From: Limnochordia bacterium
GTDB lineage: Bacteria; Bacillota; Limnochordia; DTU080
DNA: 64,000 nt
Assembly (NCBI GenBank): GCA_050951545.1
Contig: JBMNJG010000016.1
Location: forward strand, 64,001 to 128,000
Direction: 5' to 3'
Within the stretch, counting starts at the first letter, position 1, and each line of letters begins with the position of its first letter. Below, one piece after another: positions 1 to 9,273 of this stretch. The notes under the pieces are model-generated. The model did not search any database. It was not told the origin of the DNA and saw nothing but the letters and a program-made list of their open reading frames with translations. The position numbers were made by a program, and so were the translations under genes.

Positions 1-41
1 TGTGACAGGCTCAGAGCGTCCAACCCAGAGGTGAGGGCATC

Positions 42-956
42 TTGACCACTAGTTCTACGCCGACGGACCCGACGGTTAGTGTGGAAACCCTTCTCGATCC
101 TGAGTTTCTGCGTCAGCTAGAGCGAGTTCGCTTCTCCCCGCGCTGGGCTATCACTGAACGCGAAATCGGCGAGCACCCGAGCAGTCGCCATGGAGTCAGC
201 GTCGAGTTCGCAGATTATCGCGAGTATCAGCCTGGCGACGATTTCCGTGCTATCGATTGGACACTTCTCGCCCGGCTCGACCGCTTGTACGTGAAGCTGT
301 TTCGTGGCGAGGAGAATCTACGCCTCGAGTTGCAGATCGATGCCAGTACCTCTATGCATTTTGGTCATCCCACAAAGCTCGCCTACGCCATCCGCCTGGC
401 TGCTGCTCTAGGCTATGTCGGCCTGCACCGAAGCCACCGGGTGCGAGCCGTCTTTTTTGGCAGCCAGCCCTACCGGCTCTTGCCTAACGCCCGCGGTCGG
501 CAGGCCGCGACAAGCCTCTTCCGCTTCTTGGCTCAGGGAGGCGATGCTGGCTCTACCGATATCAACGCCAGCCTAAGGCAACTAGCCCTTCAGAGCAGCA
601 GTAGCGTCACTGTCTTGATATCCGATCTCTTGGATCCTGCCGGATATGCGAGCGGACTGGACGCTCTGTTGCGGAGCGGTCGTCGAGTGGCGATCATCCA
701 TCTGCTATCCCCAGAAGAGCTAAACCCTGAGGTCTCAGGGGAGTTCGAATGGCTCGATGCCGAGACTGCGCAGACAGTGGAGATCTCTGTGGATCGTGAT
801 ACTCTGGCACTCTACCAAGACACCCTGTCAGAATGGTTCGCAGAGATTCGCACTTTCTGCGAGACGAGGCGCATCCCCTATTTCCACGTGGCGACCAATG
901 CGCCACTTCCCGACGTGGTACTCCGCCATCTGCGTCAGGGAGGACTCCTCGCATGA
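42..956 (+). CDS. DUF58 domain-containing protein (MoxR-associated)
   Basis: GxSVEFADYREYQPGDDFRAIDW motif, IDASTSM MIDAS-like motif, LISDLLD; typical DUF58. Confidence 0.9.
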   Translation: MTTSSTPTDPTVSVETLLDPEFLRQLERVRFSPRWAITEREIGEHPSSRHGVSVEFADYREYQPGDDFRAIDWTLLARLDRLYVKLFRGEENLRLELQIDASTSMHFGHPTKLAYAIRLAAALGYVGLHRSHRVRAVFFGSQPYRLLPNARGRQAATSLFRFLAQGGDAGSTDINASLRQLALQSSSSVTVLISDLLDPAGYASGLDALLRSGRRVAIIHLLSPEELNPEVSGEFEWLDAETAQTVEISVDRDTLALYQDTLSEWFAEIRTFCETRRIPYFHVATNAPLPDVVLRHLRQGGLLA

Positions 957-2824
957 GCCTACTCTCTCCGTGGTGGCTACTGCTACTTCCTCTGCTCTAC
1001 CTAGTCATCCTCCTGCATACACTGCACCCGCAACGCCACCGCGTGCTGATCCCCAGTGTCTTGCTGTGGCAACGTGTGCTGCGAGAGCTCGCCTCCGACG
1101 CCCGCTGGCGCCGGCTGGTAGCCAACTTGCTCTTGCTGGTACAGCTGCTTATCCTAGCTGGTCTCATCCTTGCCCTCACCCATCCGGCCCTTCTTTTTTC
1201 CGCCGCTCGGGTCAGGCAGGATGTGGTCCTCGTCGATACCTCACTCAGTATGAGCGCCACTGACGTGTCGCCCCACAGGCTGCAAGCCGCCAAAGAGAAG
1301 CTGCTAAAGCATGTCAAGGCTGACCGTCCACGACGCATAGTGATCATTGAAGCGGGCCCCAACCCCGCAATCGTGTACCATGGCCCCGCTTCGATGGCCG
1401 CTTTGCAGACGGCCTTGCGCAGAGTGGAGGCTACTGATGGCGCTACGGACTGGAATCGGACGGCACTTCTCGCTCGCTCCTCCCTCTCCTCTGATAACGA
1501 CCGGATCATCCTCGTAACTGACGGAGCTTTCGAGTCTGGAGAGCTGTCGCTCTTGGCAGAGTTGACACCCAAGGTACCGATCCACGTGATCCAAGCTGCA
1601 GGCCACGGCACAAATGTGGGCATCACGGCCTTTGAGGCCCGACAGATGGGCACCTCGCTCTCAGAACACGAAGTGTTGATCACGGTGGCTAACAACACTC
1701 CGGATGACGTGGATGTACCCCTCGTGCTTCGCGGCTCACAAGGACAGCTGGGGCAACGTCGCCTCCGCATCCCTGCTGGTGAGAATCGCGGTACTACGTT
1801 CACCCACATCTTCTCTAGTCAAGAGGTGCTACAGGCCGAAATCATCTTCCGTGATGCCCTGGCCACTGACAACAAGGCCCATCTCACAGCGTATCCTCCT
1901 ACACCCACTCGCGTCCTGTTGGTCGGTCCAGGCAACTATTTCCTCGAGCGAGGACTGCGGGTCTTTCCCCAGGTCCGGCTCGAGCGCCGCCTGCTCTATC
2001 CTGAGGGTGGCGACTACGCCCTTGTCATATTCGATCGCCTGCCAGTTCCGGAGAGCTTCTGCGGTACTGCCTTATACTTGGCTGGCACGATGGCTGATCA
2101 AGCCCTCGGTGATTTCCCCTCGCCAGAAATCACTTGGTGGAATCGCTCCCATCCTCTAACCCGTTTCGTGAACTGGGCCGACGTGGGCCTGCTCCGCACG
2201 TTTCTCATGGATCGCCAGCGAGGTGCGCATGTGCTTGTAGAATCGGAAGCAGGCCCGGTGCTGCAGCTGATCGAAAACGATCAGGCACGCATGCTCACGC
2301 TGAGCTTTGCCCTCGAAGAGAGTGACTGGCCGCACAAGGTCGGTTTCCCTGTTTTCTTGAGCCATCTTCTTCAATGGGCGCATCCGGAAGGCTGGGAGTT
2401 TGTCCGCTCCCCGCTGAGCGCAGGAGCCACAGTCATGCTACCGCGTTTTCTGGCCGACAAGGATGGTTGGCGAGTACGCACCCCAAGCGGCGAGACATTG
2501 CGAGTGAAGCAAGACACAGGCGGCTCCTTTGATGCAACGGTTACCGCAGGAGTATACACCGTGGAGAGCACAGCTGGGGAATACGCCTTTGCCGTGAACG
2601 CAGGCTCACCGACTGAATCCGATCTGCGTCCTCGCCTCGTGTTGCCGCAAATCACCAGTGAGCCCACGCAGGAGCGCGCCTATCATCCAGCTTCCCTCTG
2701 GCGCCCATTGGCACTGTGGGCCTTGCTGCTTCTCGTCGTTGAGAGCTGGCTCTACACAAACAAGGTACGTCGGCCAGTGAATCTCGACTGGCGCAGGTGG
2801 TTGCGTAACAAGGAGGTGGAGTAG
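953..2824 (+). CDS. BatA N-terminal / vWA domain membrane protein
   Basis: ATG at 953 overlaps the upstream stop (ATGA), GGAGG RBS; N-terminal LLSPWWLLLL..IPSVLLW BatA-like segment; DTSLSM MIDAS; VTDG; C-terminal TM helix. Confidence 0.85.
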   Translation: MSLLSPWWLLLLPLLYLVILLHTLHPQRHRVLIPSVLLWQRVLRELASDARWRRLVANLLLLVQLLILAGLILALTHPALLFSAARVRQDVVLVDTSLSMSATDVSPHRLQAAKEKLLKHVKADRPRRIVIIEAGPNPAIVYHGPASMAALQTALRRVEATDGATDWNRTALLARSSLSSDNDRIILVTDGAFESGELSLLAELTPKVPIHVIQAAGHGTNVGITAFEARQMGTSLSEHEVLITVANNTPDDVDVPLVLRGSQGQLGQRRLRIPAGENRGTTFTHIFSSQEVLQAEIIFRDALATDNKAHLTAYPPTPTRVLLVGPGNYFLERGLRVFPQVRLERRLLYPEGGDYALVIFDRLPVPESFCGTALYLAGTMADQALGDFPSPEITWWNRSHPLTRFVNWADVGLLRTFLMDRQRGAHVLVESEAGPVLQLIENDQARMLTLSFALEESDWPHKVGFPVFLSHLLQWAHPEGWEFVRSPLSAGATVMLPRFLADKDGWRVRTPSGETLRVKQDTGGSFDATVTAGVYTVESTAGEYAFAVNAGSPTESDLRPRLVLPQITSEPTQERAYHPASLWRPLALWALLLLVVESWLYTNKVRRPVNLDWRRWLRNKEVE

Positions 2825-2826
2825 GC

Positions 2827-5661
2827 GTGCGCTTTACCTCTCCTGCCTGGTTACTGCTTCTCGCCATCATACCCCCAGTGATGCTGACCTGGCGTAGATA
2901 CCTGCGATCACCCGGGGTCGCCCGCATCGTACGGGCTGTCACCTTCTTGAGGGGTAGCGCCATGCTACTCCTGGTCTTGGCTCTAGCAGGCGCGCAGTGG
3001 ATGATGCTTAACAGAGGAGTCGATCTACTTTTTCTTGTGGATGTTTCCGAGAGCGTCACCAGCCCCCAGCGCAGTCTCGGACTAGACTTCGTTCGCCACA
3101 CAGCGCATCAGATTGGTCGAAACGACCGAGCGGGGCTCATCGCCTTTTCGGGTGAAGCGCTTATAGATCAACCGCTGGGAAGCAACCTAACCCAACTGCG
3201 CCAGATCGAATCTACCCCCACTCGTAGCGAAACCGATCTGCAATCTGCTCTGGAATTAGCTCTGTCCTATGGCGATGTGCAGCGCAATCTCAGGGTTGTG
3301 GTTATCAGCGACGGCCTGAGTACCCGCGGTGACCCCGAGTTTCTACTGCCCTCGTTTAAGGATCGAGGTGTACCCATCGATGCTTTCCTTGTGGGTGCCC
3401 CACCCGAATCAGAGGTTTCCATAGAGCAGGTGGCCGCTCCAGCCCACGTGCAAGAGAACCAGCCTTTTGGTGTCCGCGTGGTCGTCGGCGCCACGCAGAC
3501 AACAACGGGCAGACTCTGGCTCTTCCGCAACGGCAGCCTTGTCTCTGAGAGGAGCGTACAACTAGAGGCGGGCCGGAATGTCTTTGACTTCGCAAATCTC
3601 AAGGAGTCTGCCGGCCTTACTCGCTTCGAAGTTCGCCTGGAAGCTGCTAAGGACACCCTTCAGCAAAACAACGCTGGCTATGTAACCGTCACCGTCGATG
3701 GCCCAAGCAAGGTACTGATCATCACAGACAGTCCTACAGGTTCGGCCGCCCTCATCAGTGCCTTGCGGCGCAATAGTATTCCAACCGAAGTGATCAGCCC
3801 CGCCATGCTGCCCGCCAACGCTACTGCACTAGCGGCGTTCTCGGCGATCTTGATACACGACGTGCCTGCCCTGAGCTTCTCACGAACCCAGTTGGAGCAG
3901 ATCGCCTCGTATGTGCGCGAGCTCGGTGGCGGTCTAGTCAATATTGGCGGCCATAACAGCTATGGTCTAGGGGGCTACTACAAGACGCCACTAGAAAGTG
4001 TACTCCCTGTAGCCATTGATGTCTCGCAAACAGTCGTCATGCCCTCGCTGGCCCTTGTGCTCATCTTAGACAAGTCGGGAAGTATGGCCAGCCTACAGGG
4101 CAGGCGTGACAAGATCACTCTGGCCAAAGAGGCCGCACTGGGCGTTTTGGATGTCATGTTGGACCATGATCTTTTTGGTGTTCTCGCTTTTGACAGTGAG
4201 CCTTACTGGGTAGTACCCCTGCAGCTCACCAGTGATCGTCTGGGCATGGCCCATCAGATAGGAGCCATCGGTGCAGGTGGTGGAACGGATCTTGGACCTG
4301 CCATGCTAGAAGCCTACAAGGCTCTGTCTGCTGCGGAGGCCGTGGTCAAGCATGCCATTATCCTCTCTGACGGACAATCCATGGAATACGACTTCCCTGC
4401 TGTTACCGCCCTCTTGCACAGTACAGGTGCCACCGTGAGCACCGTAGCCATTGGTGAGGACGCAGACCGTCACCTACTAGCCACTATTGCCCGTATGGGA
4501 GATGGTCGTTTCTACTACACCGATGATGCGGACACTATCCCACAGATCTTCGCTACTGAAGCGTTTGTGGTCTCCAGACCGCTCGCCGTAGAAGAACGCG
4601 TACAACCCAAGACACGCCAGCCTGCAGCATTCCTGGCAGGGATCCAGATGGACCGCTTGCCCTCGCTCTCAGGCTACGTCTTGACATCGCCCAAAGCGAC
4701 ATCCGCCATTCACCTCGAATCAGAGGATGCCAACCCTATTTTGGCCTCCTGGCGCCATGGGCTGGGGCGTGTCGTCGCCTTTACGTCTGGCGCAACCACA
4801 ACCTGGGCAGCAGATTGGCTACGCTGGCGGGATTTCGGAGCTTTCTGGAGCCAGACTGTGCGCTGGGCCATGCGCCCCGAGCAACCTTCACAGCTACGAA
4901 CGCATTTCGATATTCACGAAAGCCAGGCGACCATTGTGGTTGACGCCATCGATGCCCAGGGCCGTTTTCTGAACTTCCTGCAGTTACAGGCTGAAGTCCT
5001 TTCCCCCAGCGGAGACAGCCAACGCCTGACACTTGAGCAAACAGCGCCGGGCCAGTATCAGACGCAGTTCTCTACTGGCGAAGAGGGCGCCTGGTTGGCT
5101 GCCGTCGCCGACCCGAACCGCCCCGACTTTGACAAGCCTTTCGTAGTAGGCACTGTGCTCCCCTACTCCAATGAGTATCGCTTGATCGGACAAGATAGCA
5201 GCAGTCTAGAGCGGCTGGTCATGGCGACAGGTGGAACGCTGTTCGCCAGTGAGACGATGCCTTCAGGTAGTGAGCTGAAGGCTCTCCTACGTCATCCCCA
5301 TCCCGTACGACATCCGGTCTCTCTATGGCCAGTTCTGCTGTTTGTGGCTTTTCTTCTTTTTCTACTCGATATCACCATCCGCTATCTGCCACCTGCCACG
5401 CTACGACAACTAGAACTCGCCCTTTGGGGCAGCACATCTGTGATAGCCACAAGCACTGGTGTTGAGCAGATCGAAGAGACAGCAGAGGAAGTGCCCGCAG
5501 GTATCACCCTCGAGATAGCGCCCCCGCCGCGCCTAGAGGACTTGATTCAGCGTCGACGCCAAGCCGACTTGAGCTCTCAGCCACTCCTACAACCAGGAAG
5601 ATACCTAGCTCGCCTTCGTCGAACCCGCAGACACGATAAGCCACGAGACGAAGGTCAGTAA
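2827..5661 (+). CDS. Double vWA domain membrane protein with a glutamine-amidotransferase-like domain
   Basis: MIDAS motifs DVSES and DKSGS; GGLVNIGGHNSYGLGGY and LASWRHGLGRVVAFTS GATase-like segments; AGGAGG RBS. Confidence 0.85.
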   Translation: MRFTSPAWLLLLAIIPPVMLTWRRYLRSPGVARIVRAVTFLRGSAMLLLVLALAGAQWMMLNRGVDLLFLVDVSESVTSPQRSLGLDFVRHTAHQIGRNDRAGLIAFSGEALIDQPLGSNLTQLRQIESTPTRSETDLQSALELALSYGDVQRNLRVVVISDGLSTRGDPEFLLPSFKDRGVPIDAFLVGAPPESEVSIEQVAAPAHVQENQPFGVRVVVGATQTTTGRLWLFRNGSLVSERSVQLEAGRNVFDFANLKESAGLTRFEVRLEAAKDTLQQNNAGYVTVTVDGPSKVLIITDSPTGSAALISALRRNSIPTEVISPAMLPANATALAAFSAILIHDVPALSFSRTQLEQIASYVRELGGGLVNIGGHNSYGLGGYYKTPLESVLPVAIDVSQTVVMPSLALVLILDKSGSMASLQGRRDKITLAKEAALGVLDVMLDHDLFGVLAFDSEPYWVVPLQLTSDRLGMAHQIGAIGAGGGTDLGPAMLEAYKALSAAEAVVKHAIILSDGQSMEYDFPAVTALLHSTGATVSTVAIGEDADRHLLATIARMGDGRFYYTDDADTIPQIFATEAFVVSRPLAVEERVQPKTRQPAAFLAGIQMDRLPSLSGYVLTSPKATSAIHLESEDANPILASWRHGLGRVVAFTSGATTTWAADWLRWRDFGAFWSQTVRWAMRPEQPSQLRTHFDIHESQATIVVDAIDAQGRFLNFLQLQAEVLSPSGDSQRLTLEQTAPGQYQTQFSTGEEGAWLAAVADPNRPDFDKPFVVGTVLPYSNEYRLIGQDSSSLERLVMATGGTLFASETMPSGSELKALLRHPHPVRHPVSLWPVLLFVAFLLFLLDITIRYLPPATLRQLELALWGSTSVIATSTGVEQIEETAEEVPAGITLEIAPPPRLEDLIQRRRQADLSSQPLLQPGRYLARLRRTRRHDKPRDEGQ

Positions 5662-5720
5662 GGTTCTCGCTCGCTTCGGCGCCCAATATACTTGATGAAT
5701 AGAGAACAAATGTCTGGGAG

Positions 5721-6347
5721 GTGCAAGGCGTGAGTCCAACAAGAGCACGCAGTGTACGAGCGAGGACCTGGCTTGTGGCTGGCGTTGTTGTGCTGCTTAT
5801 CGCGGCCATTGCCATCTGTTACCGCACTGGGTCCGTGCGAACCACCAAGATCACCATCTACCAACCAACTGGTTTCAAGGCAACCGAAGAGGCCGACGGC
5901 CAATGCTGGACTGGGTCTCTGGCAGCACCTCGAGCTGGTGCTTACCGCTGCGCTGTAGGAAACTCTATCTTTGATCCGTGCTTTGCCACAAATGGAGCAG
6001 TAGCGTGCCCAGTCGGCGACCCGGCAGAGAACCAGGGGCTTTTGATACGTCTGACGGAACCTCTGCCGACCCCACCCGATGCCTGGGAGAACCCGCCTGA
6101 TCCCGCCAATCCTTCACCATGGGACATGCGACTGCTCGGTGGCGGCTACTGTGGGGTCCTTACTGGTACCCGTCCGCCCGAGTTCCCCCTTGGCTGCACG
6201 ATTCCCGAGTTCCCCGAAGGCGCGCTGTGCTCGATGCCAGTGCCACTAGCGCACAGGGCAGGTATCTACGCCACCACATGCGGCGTCTGGAATGGAGAAG
6301 AGTTACTGCAGCCGCGGATCTACTTCGTAACCAGGATGTGGCTGTGA
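5721..6347 (+). CDS. Secreted or membrane-anchored cysteine-rich hypothetical protein
   Basis: GGGAGG just upstream (true start may be GTG 5730); N-terminal hydrophobic helix; 8 Cys in the mature part. Confidence 0.7.
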   Translation: MQGVSPTRARSVRARTWLVAGVVVLLIAAIAICYRTGSVRTTKITIYQPTGFKATEEADGQCWTGSLAAPRAGAYRCAVGNSIFDPCFATNGAVACPVGDPAENQGLLIRLTEPLPTPPDAWENPPDPANPSPWDMRLLGGGYCGVLTGTRPPEFPLGCTIPEFPEGALCSMPVPLAHRAGIYATTCGVWNGEELLQPRIYFVTRMWL

Positions 6348-6446
6348 CAGAGCAGCTACCATGTGTTTTCGACGTAGATGACGCGTTTTCTGCCAGATCT
6401 CATCAGGCGAGGGCAGCACTTATCCACTGCCCTCGCTGCTTGAGTG

Positions 6447-6854
6447 TTACTCTCCAAAGAAGCGCTTAATCTCCAGCTCTGCTGTCTCTGGCGAGTCGGA
6501 AGCGTGAACCATGTTGTAAGGGTTGGCTACAGCAAAATCGCCCCTAATGGAGCCTGGGATGGCTTCTACTGGATTGGTGGCTCCAATAAGGTTGCGCACA
6601 TGACGGATGCAATTCGAGCCCTCCAGGATGGCCATCGCCACTGGTCCTGCAGTGATCGCCCGTATGAGTTCTGGGAAAAAGGGCTTGTCCGCGTGATGCC
6701 CGTAATGCACGCGGGCTACATCCTCTGAGATGGTCGCCATCTTCAGGTGCGTGACCCTGAGTCCTTTTTGCTCGAATCGCCGCAGAATCTCACCGATGAG
6801 GCCCCTTTTCACTGCTTCAGGCTTGACGATCACAAATGTCCGCTCCACCAGCAA
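6447..6854 (-). CDS. ndk: Nucleoside diphosphate kinase
   Basis: ERTFVIVKP, PGSIRGDF and NMVHASDS motifs. Confidence 0.97.
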   Translation of the reverse strand: MLVERTFVIVKPEAVKRGLIGEILRRFEQKGLRVTHLKMATISEDVARVHYGHHADKPFFPELIRAITAGPVAMAILEGSNCIRHVRNLIGATNPVEAIPGSIRGDFAVANPYNMVHASDSPETAELEIKRFFGE

Positions 6855-6862
6855 TCAGCTCC

Positions 6863-6967
6863 TTATCTGCGTCGGGTCGAAAGCCAGCTGCGCAGCTGAT
6901 CCGGCCCAATGATAATCAGGGCCAAGACGAAGATCACCACGAGTTCTTCAAGACCAATGCTGAACAC
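6863..6967 (-). CDS. Short TatA/TatB-like protein (34 aa, apparently truncated)
   Basis: Manual translation MFSIGLEELVVIFVLALIIIGPDQLRSWLSTRRR*; GAAGGTG RBS; resembles the TatA/B N-terminus (G..EL..I...AL...GP..L). Confidence 0.65.
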   Translation of the reverse strand: MFSIGLEELVVIFVLALIIIGPDQLRSWLSTRRR

Positions 6968-7064
6968 CGCGTCCACCTTCTTTGGCCGTCATCGTGTCAA
7001 GGGAAAACTTGCCACATCATGATTATAGCATGACGCGCGCCCAAACCCGACTCGATCCGCAGTT

Positions 7065-8060
7065 CTAGAAGGACCGATGCACTACCATGTCGGCGAGATT
7101 GAGAAGCGCCTCACGCACATCGGTGTGGGCAGATACGGGCAGGACGCTTTTTGCTCGGCGGACAAGAGACTCAGCAACATCCAAGCTGTACTCTATTCCC
7201 CCGTTTTCCCGTATGATGTCCATCACCTGAGGCATCGCTTTCTCGGTCGAGGAGCTATCAGCCAAGCACACTCTCAGGGCAGCTTGTGCCTTTGGCTGGT
7301 TCAGGGCGTAGATGACGGGCAACGTGACGATGCCAGACACTAGATCACTACCTACAGGTTTGCCCATCACCTGCGCCTCAGCAGTGAAATCCAGTACATC
7401 ATCGACCACCTGAAAAGCCAAGCCCAGCAGGCGCCCGTACTCACCCATAGCCACCACGCTGCTAATCGAGGCACAGGCCACCAGCGCGCCAGCTTGGCAA
7501 CACGCGGCGAAAAACAGAGCAGTCTTCTTCTCAATACGCTCAAAGTAGTCGGCCTCTGTCTGAGCCAGGTTGCCTAGATTGGCATTCTGCGTGATCTCCC
7601 CCTCACACATGCTATGAATCATGTGGGAGACAAGCATAACCGTCTCCAAGAGACCGACTTCAACTAGAAGACGCAGCGCCCGAGCAAGCAGAGCATCGCC
7701 TGCGAGAACCGCCTGATGGTTGCCCCACACAGAATTTACGGTCGGCCTTCCCCGACGTGTGTCAGCGACATCAATGATATCGTCGTGAACAAGGGTTGCC
7801 ATATGAATGAGTTCCATTGCTGTAGCCACAGGGACAGCCACCGACACATCCTCGGCGAAGAGCCCCGCCGAAAGGAGAGTCACCAGTGGCCTGACGCGCT
7901 TACCCCCTCCCTCGAGCAAGTGTAGAAAAACCCTCTTGGCCTCAGGCGTGGCGTCCGTCAGTGCAATCCGCAGACTCTGCTCTACACAGCTTAGAGCCTC
8001 ACCCGCTTTAGGGAGAGCCTCCCGGAGCACGTTCACGCTTATCGTTACCCTCTCCCACAT
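7065..8060 (-). CDS. hepT: Polyprenyl (heptaprenyl-type) diphosphate synthase catalytic subunit
   Basis: GGKRVRP, VHDDIID..RRG, FQVVDDVLD, GKPVGSDL. Confidence 0.9.
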   Translation of the reverse strand: MWERVTISVNVLREALPKAGEALSCVEQSLRIALTDATPEAKRVFLHLLEGGGKRVRPLVTLLSAGLFAEDVSVAVPVATAMELIHMATLVHDDIIDVADTRRGRPTVNSVWGNHQAVLAGDALLARALRLLVEVGLLETVMLVSHMIHSMCEGEITQNANLGNLAQTEADYFERIEKKTALFFAACCQAGALVACASISSVVAMGEYGRLLGLAFQVVDDVLDFTAEAQVMGKPVGSDLVSGIVTLPVIYALNQPKAQAALRVCLADSSSTEKAMPQVMDIIRENGGIEYSLDVAESLVRRAKSVLPVSAHTDVREALLNLADMVVHRSF

Positions 8061-8117
8061 GCTGTTTGGTCAGCTCAAGTTTTCCCTACATGAGGTACCA
8101 CCATACCTGCCCTCCGC

Positions 8118-9233
8118 CTACAGACGAACGCGCAGATTCATCGCCTCTCCCACCCGCCAGACCCGGAGGCTGAGGGTGCCACCAAAACCAGCCTCCCGTA
8201 CGGCGGCCGCGAGATCCTCCATTGAATGTATCTGCTGGCCGTTCGCAGCCACAATGATATCTGCGGGCTGCAACCCAGCCGCAGAGGCTGGCGTTTCAGG
8301 CAACACACGAGTCACAAAAGCGCCATAGTCCGCAGGCAGGGGGGTAGCCGTGTTCTGGCGGATAGCCCGAGCCAGTGCCGGAGTCAGTGTTCCGCCGATC
8401 GCACCCAAGCGCAGAGGTCGCCCGTGGCGCAGGATCTGCTGCATGCTGTCTATGGCGTCAGTAATGGGAATGGAAAAGCCGAGCCCCTGAGCCTCTATCC
8501 CTGCGACCTGGCGCACCACAGCCGTGTTGATGCCGATCACGCGTCCTGCCAGATCAACAAGAGGACCGCCGCTGTTGCCGGGATTGATTGCGGCATCGGT
8601 CTGGATGAGGTTCTGGAGAGGAGGTCCTTGAACGGGCCCTACTGCCAGCTCCCGGCCCAAGGCACTTATGATGCCAGTCGTTACAGAATAATCAAATCCA
8701 AAGGGGTTGCCGATAGCGATCACTTGCTGACCCACACGCAAGGTGTGCGAATCGCCGAGAGGAGCCACGGGTAGATCCTCGGCTTCGACCCGTATCACCG
8801 CCAGGTCGCTTTGGGGATCCGTGCCAATGACTTGGCCAGCAAAACCTCGTCCATCAGGCAAAAAGACATCAATCTGTGTTGCGTCTCGAACTACATGGTA
8901 ATTGGTCAGCACATATCCTGCTGAATCAATGATGACTCCTGAACCAAGCCCATATGATTCAGTGAAGACTGGCCCAAAAAGTGAAGCCACCTGCACGCGC
9001 TCAGTGACTGCGATTTTAACGACACTACCACCCACACTGCGTACAGCTCCTACCACGGCCTGTTCCGCCGAGCTGTCGGCAATCTGGGAGACACCCGCAG
9101 CGCGCGGTAGCGACTCCTGAGGTGTCCCCTGCCAGCTTCGTCGACCAGCGGCGGCTCCGACAAGCAGAACGAAAGTGACAGCGAGGATAGCTGCCCTTTG
9201 GCGTCTTGGCATATCCCTCTCCCCCTGCGACAC
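8118..9233 (-). CDS. HtrA/DegP-family serine protease with PDZ domain
   Basis: LTNYHV, DLAV, IQTDAAINPGNSGGPL; C-terminal PDZ; start may be ATG 9212. Confidence 0.93.
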   Translation of the reverse strand: MSQGERDMPRRQRAAILAVTFVLLVGAAAGRRSWQGTPQESLPRAAGVSQIADSSAEQAVVGAVRSVGGSVVKIAVTERVQVASLFGPVFTESYGLGSGVIIDSAGYVLTNYHVVRDATQIDVFLPDGRGFAGQVIGTDPQSDLAVIRVEAEDLPVAPLGDSHTLRVGQQVIAIGNPFGFDYSVTTGIISALGRELAVGPVQGPPLQNLIQTDAAINPGNSGGPLVDLAGRVIGINTAVVRQVAGIEAQGLGFSIPITDAIDSMQQILRHGRPLRLGAIGGTLTPALARAIRQNTATPLPADYGAFVTRVLPETPASAAGLQPADIIVAANGQQIHSMEDLAAAVREAGFGGTLSLRVWRVGEAMNLRVRL

Positions 9234-9273
9234 GCTTCACATACAGGCGTAGTGTGCCGCAGGGAGAGTACGG

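Noticed and set aside
833-952. N-terminal extensions in the ORF track (also metG, oppA, dppA, DUF441, DUF421, dnaX)
   Set aside because: RBS positions and family N-termini support downstream starts; the extensions overlap other genes or RNA leaders.
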